In this document: one piece after another, positions 51,901 to 64,000 of the stretch
Numbering within the stretch: the stretch's first letter is position 1
How the letters are laid out: each line of letters begins with the position of its first letter
DNA from: Mobula hypostoma
Lineage: Eukaryota
NCBI RefSeq assembly: GCF_963921235.1
Contig: NC_086109.1
Location: forward strand, 5,582,001-5,646,000
Length of the DNA: 64,000 nucleotides
Direction of reading: 5' to 3'
Translations under genes and position numbers: made by a program
Notes under the pieces: model-generated
The model's input: the letters and a program-made list of their open reading frames with translations, nothing else
Databases searched by the model: none
Told to the model about the DNA's origin: nothing

Positions 51901-53285
51901 TATATTTCCCTCCTGGATTGCTGCCCCGACTGGTCTTTGAAGTAGTGTTGTGGGAATTTTTATATCCATCTAGGAGAGCTGCTGTATCCTCTGTTTAAAT
52001 AATCTATTTTTACTCTCTCAGATGGCAGATGCCTCCACTGAATTGTAAACAGTGAATTAGGTTGGCTCTATTTGTCACATGTGCATCGAAACATACATGG
52101 TTGGTGTCAATGACCAACATGGTCAGGGATGTGCTGGGGTTACAGTGTCACCGTGCTTCCGGTGCCAACATAGCATGGCCACGGCTTTTGGAATGTGGGA
52201 GGAAACCAGAGCACCCGGAAGAAACTCGTGCACTCACGGGGAGAACATGAAAACTTCTTATAGACAGCAGTGACAATTGAAATCCAACGAGTGGTCGCTG
52301 GCCATGTAAAGCCTTACGCTGACCGCTATGCTACTGTGCCATTCCAAAACTTGGTTCTGTACCCAAGGCGACATTTTAAAGTTCTGAGGAGAATGCACGT
52401 TGTCCATTGTGGAGCATTGAGAAAATAATTTGCTTCAACAAATCATTTCTTCCACCTACCGTATAAAAGAGCAAAGGGGTAATGTTTAAACCCTGAAGGT
52501 GTCCACAGAGAGACATATGTGACTACAGATGCTGGAGATTGAAGCACAGATGACCATCTGTAGCGCACGTCTACCGTGCACTGTGAGCGAGGGTTGGATG
52601 AACTTGGGTTGTTTCCTCTGGAGCATGGGGGGCTGAGGGGTGATCTGATTGAAGTTTATAAAACTATACAAGGCACAGGTAGAGTGAAAAGCTGGTATCT
52701 ATTTCCCAGAGTTGAAAAGTCTAATACTAGAGAGAGTATGTTTAAGATGAAGGGGGAGAAGTTCTGGGGAGGTGGGCAGGGCAAGTCTTTTTTTGCATAG
52801 GGAGGGGTCAGGACCTGGAAAATGTTATCGGGTGGAGGTAGAGGCGGATGAGATGGAGGTTTGAGAAGCTCTTTCATGGATGGATGAATATACAGAGAAT
52901 GGAGTGATAGGGACCATGTGCAAACTGAAGGAATACTGTGCCATTAGCTAAACTGGTTCTGCACAGTACTGTGGGCTGAAGGGCCCGTTCTTGACCTGAA
53001 CAGTTCTATGTTCTCAGTTCTACATTTATAGTTCTGCTCTCTCTTCAGATCCCATCTGCCCTCTTCACCTCCCTCATTTGGTTTCTCTCCTATCAGATCC
53101 CACCATCTGCAGCCCTTTGTCACTTCCATTCACCACCTCCCAGCCTCTGTTGCTGTTCTCACCTCCCCTCCTCCATATGACTATAACTCCTCCCCACCTA
53201 GATCCACCTCTCAGTCTCTGACTTCATTCCCACTCCCCCCACATCCATTTGCCTATCACTCCTCCACACCTGGATCCACCCATCA

Positions 53286-55032
53286 CATAGAAACATAGAA
53301 ACATAGAAAATAGGTGCAGGAGTAGGCCATTCGGCCCTTCGAGCCTGCACCGCCATTTATTATGATCATGGCTGATCATCCAACTCAGAACCCCGCCCCA
53401 GCCTTCCCTCCATACCCCCTGACCCCTGTAGCCACAAGGGCCATATCTAACTTCCTTTTAAACATAGCCAATGAACTGGCCTCAACAGTTTGCTGTGGCA
53501 GAGAATTCCACAGATTCACCACTCTCTGTGTGAAGAAGTTTTTCCTCATCTCGGTCCTAAAAGGCTTCCCCTCTATCCTCAAACTGTGACCCCTCGTTCT
53601 GGACTTCCCCAACACCGGGAACAATCTTCCTGCATCTAGCCTGTCCAATCCCTTTAGGATCTTATACGTTTCAATCAGATCCCCCCTCAATCTTCTAAAT
53701 TCCAACGAGTACAAGCCCAGTTCATCCAGTCTTTCTTCATATGAAAGTCCTGCCATCCCAGGAATCAATCTGGTGAACCTTCTTTGTACTCCCTCTATGG
53801 CAAAGATGTCTTTCCTCAGATTAGGGGACCAAAACTGCACACAATACTCCAGGTGTGGTCTCACCAAGGCCTTGTACAACTGCAGTAGTACCTCCCTGCT
53901 CCTGTACTCGAATCCTCTCGCTATAAATACCAGCATACCATTTGCCTTTTTCACCGCCTGCTGTACCTGCATGCCCACTTTCAATGACTGGTGTATAATG
54001 ACACCCAGGTCTCGTTGCACCTCCCCTTTTCCTAATCGGCCACCATTCAGATAATAATCTGTTTTCCTATTTTTGCCACCAAAGTGGATAACTTCACATT
54101 TATCCACATTAAATTGCATCTGCCATGAGTTTGCCCACTCACCCAACCTATCCAAGTCACCCTGCATCCTTTTAGCATCCTCCTCACTGCTAACACTGCC
54201 ACCCAGCTTCGTGTCATCCGCAAACTTGGAGATGCTGCATTTAATTCCCTCATCCAAGTCATTAATATGTATTGTAAACAACTGGGGTCCCAGCACTGAG
54301 CCTTGCGGTACCCCACTAGTCACCGCCTGCCATTCTGAAAAGGTCCTGTTTATTCCCACTCTTTGCTTCCTGTCTGCTAACCAATTCTCCACCCACACCA
54401 ATACCTTACCCCCAATACCGTGTGCTTTATGTTTGCACACTAATCTCCTGTGTGGGACCTTGTCAAAAGCCTTTTGAAAATCCAAATATACCACATCCAC
54501 TGGTTCTCCCCTATCCACTCTACTAGTTACATCCTCAAAAAATTCTATGAGATTCGTCAGACATGATTTTCCTTTCACAAATCCATGCTGACTTTGTCCG
54601 ATCATTTCTCCGCTTTCCAAATGTGCTGTTATCACATCCTTGATAACTGACTCCAGCAGTTTCCCCACCACCGACGTTAGGCTAACCGGTCTATAATTCC
54701 CCGGTTTCTCTCTCCCTCCTTTTTTAAAAATTGGGGTTACATTAGCCACCCTCCAATCCTCAGGAACTAGTCCAGAATCTAACGAGTTTTGAAAAATTTT
54801 CACTAATGCATCCACTATTTCTTGGGCTACTTCCTTAAGCACTCTAGGATGCAGACCATCTGGCCCTGGGGATTTATCTGCCTTCAATCCCTTCAATTTA
54901 CCTAACACCACTTCCCTACTAACATGTATTTCACTCAGTTCCTCCATCTCACTGGACCCTCTGTCCCTTACTATTTCTGGAAGATTATTTATGTCCTCCT
55001 TAGTGAAGAGAGAACCAAAGTAATTATTCAAT
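53286..55032 (-). mobile_element. CR1 LINE, 5'-truncated, near-identical to 38528-40560; inserted in a Penelope-like remnant
   Basis: Same RT motifs, open frame, tail reading (CATAGAAA)n on the + strand. Confidence 0.96.
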
Positions 55033-58000
55033 TCACCACCAGCTTCAATCACTATTCTCACTCTCCCCCCCATCTGCCTATCACCTTCCTCACATGAATC
55101 CACCCATCACCTGCCAGCTCTTCCTCCACCTCTTTCTACTGCCTACCTTCCCTCTGATTATCAGTCCTGATGAACGGTCTCAACCAGAAACATTGACTGT
55201 CCATTTCCCTGCTGAGGTCCTCCAGCATCGTGTGTGTTGTCTATCTGGAAAAAGCTGCCCTCAGCTGTTGCATTAAAATAGTCTCGAAAAAAGAGGGGAA
55301 AGTTGCAAGAACTATCAATTATATAAATCTTCTAAACAACAAAAACATGCGCTCACGGGGAAAACATGCAAGCTTCTTATAGACAGCAGTGACAATTGAA
55401 ACCCGACCTTGGTTGGACTACAATTAGAGTACTGTGTTCAGTTCTGGTCGCTTCATTATAGGAAAGATGTGGAAGTTTTAGACAGGGTGCAGAGAAGATT
55501 TACCAGAATACCACCTAGATCAGAGAGCTTATCTTGTGTTTGAGGAAAGGGTTAGATTGATTTTAGAGTAGGTTAAGAGGTCAGCACAATGTCATGGGCC
55601 GAAGGGCCTGTGGTCTGCTATAGTGTTCTGTGTTCTATGTCCTATAACACTGATTTTCTATTTATTTCTTTTCTGTGATTATCACTGTAACGTGGTGGTA
55701 CGGTAGCGTAACATTATTACAGTGCCAGTGAACTGGGTTCAATTGTGTTCAGTTTTTTGATTTACTTACTGAGATACAGCCTGGAATAGGCCCTTCTGGC
55801 CCTTTCGTGCCACACCGCCCAGCAACACCCGATTTAACCCTGGTCTAATTTCCGCTCAATTTACAATCACCAACTAACCAACTAGCATGTACGTCTTTGG
55901 ACTGTGGGAGGAAACCGAGTGAAAACCCATGCAGAGAGGACGCACAAATTCCTTACAGATGACATTGGAATCGATCACTGAACTCTGACAGCACTTTCTC
56001 TAATAATGTCGTGCTAACCGTGGCACCCATTATAGGAAGGATGTAGATGTTTTGGTACCAATGAGTTGATCCACTTGACCCGAAACAGGAGTGTGTGGGC
56101 CATGGCAGTCAAAGCTCAAACTGGGCACGGCACCTGATGATGATGATGTAGATGTTTTAGAAACGATGCAGAGGATATTCACCAGGAAGTTGCATTGATG
56201 GTGATTAGGGCAGCAATGAAGGTCCACCATCTCTGTCTGTCCTTGGCAAAATACCTTCATACACAAGTATAGGATTCCTCGTTGCTGCTTCCGTAACAAT
56301 TTTCTTTTGTAATCATTCAGGGTTGTTAACCCTGAGCTGAACCCCCGAACCTGGAGGACCAGTGGACCACTCTTAGTCTGGCCGCTACCCTTTGACCTGT
56401 TTGGCATGGGTGACCCTACCAAGAGCCAAAGCGTAAAGCCCTGACTCCAGCCGGCATAGCCCTCCGGGTCACTGAGGCACGCAAGCCTCCAAACCCAACG
56501 GCAAGGTTATGGTCCTCTTGGAGGTGTTCACTTCTAGTTGTCTCATGATAGGAAAGCTGTGGAAGCTTTAGAGAGGGTGCAGAGGAGATTTACCAGGACA
56601 CTGCCTGGATTAGAGAGCATGTCTAATGTACGAGGGAAGGGTTAGATTGATTTTGGAGTAGGTTAAAAGGTCAGTACAATATCATGGGCCAAAGGGCCTG
56701 TACTCTGCTGCAGTGTTCTGTGTTCTATGTCCTATAACATCAATTTTCTACATATTTATTTTCTGCAATTGTCATGGTAACGTCGGTGGCATTGTAGCAT
56801 TGCGGTTAGCATAACACTTTTACAGCACTGGTGACTCCAGTTCAATTCCTGTCACTGTCTGGAAGGAGCCTGTGCATTTGTACATTGTACACATAATTTC
56901 ATTGTTGATGGAGTGATATCACTCTCTCCCTCGCTTGTGAGAGAGAGAGAGAGCCTGTCTGAGATGCCGAAGGGTTGGGATGGGAAGAAGTTTTTGATGC
57001 TGTCTAGATCATGGTCTCAGGGGGCTTTGCTACTGCTTTCTTGGTGGGTGGCTTTTGCTAGAGCAAGTGGTGGGGGGGGGTTGATGTTTTTGCTGCTGCA
57101 TGTGCATGGGAGGGAGGAGGGGGGCTTTGGGGTTTGAACCATAGAACATTACAGCACAGAAACAGGCCTTTTGGCCCTTTTTGGCTGTGCCGAACGATTT
57201 TTCTGCCTCGTCCCACTGACCTGCACCTGGACCATATTCTTCCATACACCTCTCATCTATGTACCTGTCCAAGTTTTTCTTAAATGTTAAAAGTGAGCCC
57301 ACATTTACCACTTCATCTGGCAGCTGATTCCACACTCCTACCACTCTCTGTGTGAAGAAGCCCCCCTCTAATGTTCCCTTTAAACTTTTCCCCCTTCACC
57401 CTTAACCCATGTCCTCTGGTTTTTTTCTCCCCCAGCCTCAGTGGAAAAAGCCTGCTTGCATTCACTATATCAATACCCATCATAATTTTATATACCTCTA
57501 TCAAATCTCTCCTCATTCTTCTACGCTCCAGGGAATAAAGTCCTAACCTATTCAACCTTTCTCTGTAACTCAGTTTCTCAAGTCCCGGCAACATCCTTGT
57601 AAACCTTCTCTGCACCCACGTTTTCTGTCACTCATTCTTTGGAGTTTTTCTGTTTCTGGGATGTCTGGACGAGTAAGAATTGCAAGTTGTATACTGTATA
57701 CATTCTCTGATATTAAACTGAACCATTAAACATGTGACAATATTAAATCAGTGTCTAAATGTAAAGTGCCTTGTTGAAAGTATGCTAACCAACACAACAT
57801 TTGAAAAATTAACACCACTTTATTTCAATATGAATATCACAAACTGTAACATGTTGAGGTCTGAAACAATATGTTTATGCTGACAGTTACTGACTGCAAC
57901 AAGCTGACAGATAATAAGCAGTACAACATGTACTTACTGGGTACCTACTCATGTGTAGACATGAGATACAATTTGTTAAACATGTTCTCATTAATTCAAT

Positions 58001-58482
58001 AAGGAGTGTCTGCAGAAATCAATATACATCACATTCAGTATCAATACATGTGACCAATGTAGAAAGAGTTAACTGCAGGGTCGAAAACCCTTTCACAGTT
58101 CATTAAAGAATTAACTTAGATTCTCTTTCCGCAGATGCTGACTGACCTGCAGAGAGTTTTCTGCATTTTCTGCAATTTAAGTTCAGATATCCAGCATCTG
58201 CTGTGTATATTTTATGTTTTAATGTCACAAATATGTTGCATTAAAAATTCAACATCTTACTGATCATTCAAAGAATGCTTGCTGTCCATTACACTGGGCG
58301 CATCACAATGTGCAGACTGTAGGTAACGTAGCAAAACTGGACATAAAATAATTCGAATGTAAAACATTTGAATCTACCCTTAAGACTGGGGAGTGAAGAA
58401 CTTACAAAAATACTATTTCAAATTAATGATGACATAAGAGTTCCATGGGAGGATCTTGGCAATTGCTGGCCCAAATCTCGGC

Positions 58483-58566
58483 TTAGTTGTGGTGGTGCTG
58501 TTGCATCCAATTGATCAGAATGTCTATTTCACCAATCGCTTTAACAGCCGCTGCGTTTAATTCCAT
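58483..58566 (-). CDS. IL-20-like exon 5 (MELNAAAVKAIGEIDILINWMQQHHHN*)
   Basis: CAG acceptor; TAA stop; IL-10-family signature; candidate AATAAA on - strand at 57819-57824. Confidence 0.92.
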   Translation of the reverse strand: MELNAAAVKAIGEIDILINWMQQHHHN

Positions 58567-59225
58567 CTGCAAGTGGACAGATCTGTTGGTTAGTACGGGA
58601 CGCACACTCCAGTCACCTCAGGCAAGGCAGCCTGTCCTCTTACTACAGTGTTCTATTGCCTTGCTGATTGTCACAGCTTTCTGGGTACGAATCTGTTGCT
58701 GAGTTTCTTCAATAGTAATACAGATTTAGTTGGGAAGCAGTGTGGGGTATTCCCAAGAGTTGTGAAAGATTCATACTAGTGTCCTTTCCCTTTTAATATT
58801 TTTTTTCTTTTATTTTCAGCAAATAGCCCTTCAGTCCATCCTGTCCATGCTACACTGTTATTCTGCCTCGTCCCAATGTCAGACATCCCACCCTGCAAAA
58901 ACTCATCTCAGGGAGGTAGCACCATCAATTTGCGGGACACTTCCGGGAGAGGTGGGATGTCTGCAATAGAGTAGCTCCTTAGCAGCTGGCCAGCTAGTTT
59001 AAATAACGTTAGCTATGCTAATGAACGAATGACACCTGTTAAACTCACCTCAACATGTCTTTTACAGTCTTAACCCACCATGGGCAATAGAAAAGTCACT
59101 GTTGCAAACAGTGCAGCGAGCAACACTGTCATTATTTTTGACCCCTATTAGGCAGGGATACACGAGTGTAGTCTGGGGTGATGTACGTTTTATATTTTCT
59201 TTTTTTGGAACACTCTGCCATGGTG

Positions 59226-59273
<48 letters not shown>

Positions 59274-62200
59274 GTTGCTCTCTCTTGCTTTCTCTCTCTC
59301 GCTCTCAAAAAAATTGATTTCCGGGATATTGTATATAATTTGCGGGCATCAGGGAGCCACTATTAATATGCGGGAGACTCCCGGAACTTCCAGGGGAGAT
59401 GGGATGTCTGCATTGTGGACCATAGCCCTCAATACCCCTCCCATCCATGTACTTATCCAAACCTCTCTTAAGTGTTGAAATGAAACCCCATCCAGCATGT
59501 CTGCTGGCATCTCATTCCACACTCTTACTATCCTCTGAGTGAAGGAATTCCCCTCAGGTTCCCCTTAAATATTTCATCTTTCACACTTAATATATGACCT
59601 CTTGTTCTTGTCTCACCCAACCTCAGCCTGCTTTCATTTACCCTATCTATACCCCTCATAATTGTGTATTATCACAGACAGACATTATATTACAGAAACA
59701 GTTCAGTGTCAGACATAAAAATTACTGAAAGTTACAAAGCAAAATTGCCGTTGCCATATTGATGAGAACAAGTGACAGCAACGAACCTTTTCAAAGGTGT
59801 TGTAGATCAGTTTTATCTTCTCTCGAGTTTCTTCTCCACAATGACATTTCATCTCCTCGTGCTGCCCGGTGAAGATGAGAGTGAATGAAAGGTCTGCCCA
59901 CCAGCAAGCACCCCGAAAATGACAATACTAATAATATCACAGCAACATATAGCATAGAACATAGAACAGTACAGGCTCTTCAGCCCACAATGTTGTGCTA
60001 ACCTTTTAACTTACTCCAAGATTAATCTAACCCTTCCTTCCCACTTAGCCCTACGTTTTTTGATCCCATATACATGCCCAGCTAATTGTTTCTTAAGTTT
60101 CCCTAATGCATCTGCCTCTCGCACCATTCCTGGCAGCGCGTTCCAAACACTCACCACTCTCCGTGCTAAAAACTTAACTCCATACTTTTCTCTGTACTTT
60201 CCTCCAGTCACCTCAAAATTATGCCCCCTCGTATTTGCCATTTCTGCCCTGGGAAAAAGTCTCACACTATCCACTTGTTCGATGCCTCTTATTATCTTGT
60301 ACTTATCCATCAGGTCATGGTAAAGTCACAGGTAAACACCCCCTCTTCATTGAGCACAACTACACAAAACACTGTCACTACTACCATCAGGAAGAAGGTA
60401 CAGGAGCCTCAGCACCCACACCACCAGGTTCAGGAACAATTATTACCAATCAGCCATCAGGCTCCTGAACCAGTGGAGGTACAGTAACTTCACTCAACTT
60501 CGCTCGCCCCATCACTGAACTCTTCCCACAACCTATGAACTCACTTTGAAGGATTCTTCATCTCATGTTCTCAATATTTATTGCTTATTTATCTATTTAT
60601 TATTTTTTCTCTTTTCCGTTTGCACAGTTTGCTACCTTTTGCACGTTGGTTATCTGTCCGCTCTGTTGGGTGCAGTCTTTTGTTGATTCTATTATTCTAT
60701 AGATGCCCATAAGAAAATGAATCTCAGGGTTGTATATGGTGAAATAAATGTACTTTGATAATAAATTTACTTTGGAGTTTGAATTCACTTTTCATCCTCC
60801 TTCTCTGCAAAGAGAACAATCTTAGCTCACCCAACATTTCCTCATAAGACATGCTCTCTAATCCAGGCAGTATCCTGATAAATCTCTCTGCACCCTCTCT
60901 AAAGCTTCCACATCCTTCCTATAATGAGACAACCTGAAGTTAACACAATATTCCAAATGCGCTCTGACTAGAGTTTTATTGAGGTGTGGCATCACAGAGT
61001 TCACAGCTCTTGAACTCAATCCCCTAACTAATACACCAGACGCCTTCTCAACAACTCTATCAGCTTGCATGGCAACCTTGAGGGATTTATGGACATGGGC
61101 TCCAAGATGCCTCTGTGCCTCCACATGGCTAAAAATCCTGCCACTCACCTTGCATTCCGCCTTCAAGTTTGACCTTCCAAAGTGCATCACTTCACACTTG
61201 AATGGGTTAAACTCCATCTGTCACTTCTCAGCCCATCTTATCAATATTCTGTTGCAATCTATGACAGCCTTCTCCACCATCCCCAACTCCAGCAACATTC
61301 ATGATATGGAAGATGTGACACTGCCCCCGAATACGAAAGAGTGTGGGGGTTGCTGTCAGTACTTACACACTGTCGCACCAGGATCTTCATGCTGAGGAAG
61401 TAGTTGGCCAGGCTGCTGGTCCTCCTCTCGACGAGGGTGCTGGATGGGGTGTGGTGCTTGAACACGGTCTCCACGTAGAACCTCAGCACATGGTGCAGGA
61501 AACAGCAGCTCTCCTGAGCCTGGGGTGGAGCAGACAAATGGGGTGAGGGAGCTAAAATCTCAGTCATTCCAACATCGTGAAGCAGATGATGCCTCGGTCA
61601 CAGGGAGAAGGAATGGCAGGTGAATGGGTACTAAAGTTACAGTCAGACAATACTCACCTGGATGCTGTGAAAGATAGATCTGCTCAGAAGCCTGATGTGG
61701 TCCGTTTCATCTTCAGCTTGCTGTCGAGGCAAAATTGGAGCTGGTGATTAGCTTTCCCGATATACAATGGGTAAACGTTCATAGAACCCAGAACAGTACA
61801 ATATGTGATCAGGTCTTTCAGCCCAAAATATCAGTGCTGACCACGATGCTAAAATAAACTAAATTCCATGTGCCTGTACATTGGCCATATCCCTCCATTC
61901 CCTGTATATACATGTTGCCCAAAAGCCTCTAAATGTCCTTGTTGTACCCTGCTTCCACCACCAGCCCTGACAGACCTTACTAGTGTCTCACCACTCAGTC
62001 TAAAAAAATTAGCCCATCTCCTTTAAAGTTTTCCCCTCTCATTGTAAATGCCTGTCCCCCCCAACCAACATCAAACATTTCTACTCTGGGAAAAAGGTTC
62101 TGACTGTCTACTCTATCTGTAATTGCAAAAACCTCTATCAGCTCTTCCCTCAGCCTCCAACACTCCAGAGAAAAGAACCCGTGTTTGACCAGCATCTCCT

Positions 62201-63215
62201 TAAAGCTCAGCCCCTCCAATCCAGGCAGGCTCTGTGCACCTGGGTCCAGGATTTCCTCACTTGCAGACCCTGTCAGTATTTTGATAATAAATTTACTTTG
62301 AACTTTGAGCCTCTTCTGCACCCTCTCCAAAGGTTCCACACCTTTCCTCTAATGGGGCAACCAACCATCAGGCAGGAGGTCCCATCCATCCAGCAATTTC
62401 TTTGGCTTCCCCAACTTTCGGGCAGGAGGTACAATTAGCATTAGGACAAGAACTGTTAGGATCGTAAATACCTTCTCCCCCCCAACCTCATCTCCAAAGC
62501 CCATAAGACTGCTGAATCCCCTCCCACCACCCAGGTCTCATAGGATATAGGAATGGAATTAGGCCATTTGGCCCATCAAGTCTGCTCTGCCATTTCATCA
62601 TGGCCAATCCAATTTCCCTCTCAGTTGCAGTCTCCTGCCTTCCCCCAACATCCCTTCATGCCCTGACCAATCAAGAATCTATCAATCTCTGCCTTAAATA
62701 TGCATAATGACTTGTCCTCCACAGCTGCCCGTAGCAAAGGATTCTACAGATTCACCACCCTCTGGCTAAAGAAATTCCCCCTCATCTCCATTCCAAAAGG
62801 GCACCCCTCTATTCTGAGGCTGTCCTCTGCTCTTAGACTCTCCCACCACAGGAAACATCCTCTTCACGTCCACTCTATCAGGGCCTTTCAACATTCAATA
62901 GGTTTCAATGAGGCCACCCCTCATTCTTATGAATTCTGGTGAATCCAGGCCCAGAGCCATCAGACGTTCTTCATATGACAAGCCTTTCAATTCTGGAATC
63001 ATTTTTGTGAACCTCCTTTGAACCCTCTCTAGTTTCAGCACGTCCTTTCTGAGATAAAGGGCCCAAACCTGCTCACAATACTCCAAGTGAGGCCTCACCA
63101 GTGCTTTATAATCACGTATGAGTCACCAACAGCATTATACTGTTTACTTTTTAACTTGTATCATAAATGCACCAGATTATCTGTTAATTTATTTGTGGCA
63201 ATATTATTTTATGTG

Positions 63216-63250
<35 letters not shown>

Positions 63251-63701
63251 TGAGTTTTATGTATATTGTACACCTTGGTCTGGAGAATCATTGTTTCATT
63301 TGACAGTGTACATGAGTATACGTCTGAATGACAATAAACTGAACTTCAACTTGAACTTGGACTGCATAAAGTTTACACCAAATGAGACCAAACCAATGTT
63401 TTATACAACTGAAACATGCCTTCCTGACTTTTATACTGGGTGCCCGGCCGATGAAAACAACCATGTCACACGCGTCCCTTACCCCGCCATCTACCTGAGC
63501 AGCCGGTTCAGTACAGGAGCAGGCTGTGGGGGAACCGCTCATACTTACTATTGTCTGCTTAATATCCAGGAAGGCTTGCTGGATCTGAGCCAGGCTGGCC
63601 GTCAGCGTGCACTGGCCGAAGGTCAGGCGCCTGCCGTGGACAGCCCAGAGGTGGCAGGCGAGCAAAGCGGCCAGGGTGTAGGTAGCGCCGAGAGTCCGCA
63701 T
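58483..63701 (-). CDS. Interleukin-20-like cytokine (IL-10 family, IL-19/20/24 subgroup); 5 exons, 528 nt, 175 aa
   Basis: complement(join(58483..58566,59787..59861,61367..61519,61658..61720,63549..63701)). Four phase-0 GT-AG introns as in IL-10-family genes; N-terminal signal peptide; six Cys spaced as in IL-20 (GQC, SCC, RQC, CHC); SSLANYFL; helix-F signature KAIGEIDIL. Confidence 0.92.
58880..59410. mobile_element. Non-autonomous DNA transposon (hAT-like) in IL-20-like intron 4
   Basis: TIRs CAGACATCCCA / TGGGATGTCTG; internal (CT)n; interrupts a CR1 3' UTR fragment. Confidence 0.7.
59230..59270. repeat. (CT)n microsatellite
   Basis: Uninterrupted CT run. Confidence 0.95.
59787..59861 (-). 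CDS. IL-20-like exon 4 (HEEMKCHCGEETREKIKLIYNTFEK)
   Basis: CAG acceptor, GTTCGT donor; 75 nt; CHCGEE motif as in IL-20. Confidence 0.92.
61367..61519 (-). CDS. IL-20-like exon 3 (AQESCCFLHHVLRFYVETVF...SSLANYFLSMKILVRQC)
   Basis: CAG acceptor, GTAAGT donor; 153 nt. Confidence 0.93.
61658..61720 (-). CDS. IL-20-like exon 2 (QAEDETDHIRLLSRSIFHSIQ)
   Basis: CAG acceptor, GTGAG donor; 63 nt. Confidence 0.9.
63217..63248. repeat. (TG)n microsatellite in IL-20-like intron 1
   Basis: Uninterrupted TG run. Confidence 0.95.
63549..63701 (-). CDS. IL-20-like coding exon 1 (signal peptide ... AFLDIKQTI)
   Basis: GCCATG start; GTAAGT donor; 153 nt. Confidence 0.9.
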
Positions 63702-64000
63702 GGCGAAGCAGCGAGGAACCTGCGACAGGGACGGGACATGGTCCGGTCAGTCGGTGTGGGGGCACAAGAGCGACGGCAGGGACCGGTCCCCGAGCGAGGC
63801 GTGGGACAGCAGGAGCCCCTCGCACCGGCCACTGGCATCACAGAGACCGTAACTCCGCCGGCTTTACCGCCGAGCATGGAGCGGTCCGTGTGCACTGTGA
63901 ACGCAATGATGAACACCAGATTCTGCCGATGCTGGGATGCCTCCTGTCCCGTTCCCCGCCCGTCCAGCTCACAGGTTAAAGAGAAGGATGGGCGAACGAG

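Overview
This is eukaryotic (vertebrate) genomic DNA. The repeat landscape (V-SINEs, CR1, Rex1/Babar, Penelope-like termini, Tc1) suggests a cartilaginous fish, probably a ray; that assignment is inference. I reconstructed three intron-containing genes exon by exon, each with GT-AG junctions and consistent phases. WDR77/MEP50 lies on the - strand (10 coding exons, 321 aa). ATP5PB/ATP5F1 lies on the + strand (7 exons, 250 aa), head-to-head with WDR77 across a 470-bp CpG-island promoter that contains a 6 x 42-bp GC-box minisatellite. An IL-20-like IL-10-family cytokine lies on the - strand (5 phase-0 exons, 175 aa). The rest is mostly nested transposable elements. The most unusual structures are: a tailless, 3'-truncated L1 5' end with a perfect 14-bp TSD and apparent microhomology priming; Penelope-type termini carrying minimal hammerhead-ribozyme motifs and fold-back hairpins; a degenerate DNA-level duplicate of ATP5PB exon 3 inside intron 1; a CR1 fragment bracketed by an inverted copy of its own 3' junction; and an inverted Tc1 pair around WDR77 exons 3-5. 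No prokaryote-type system (CRISPR, operon) is present, and most ORFs in the supplied track are TE debris or noise.
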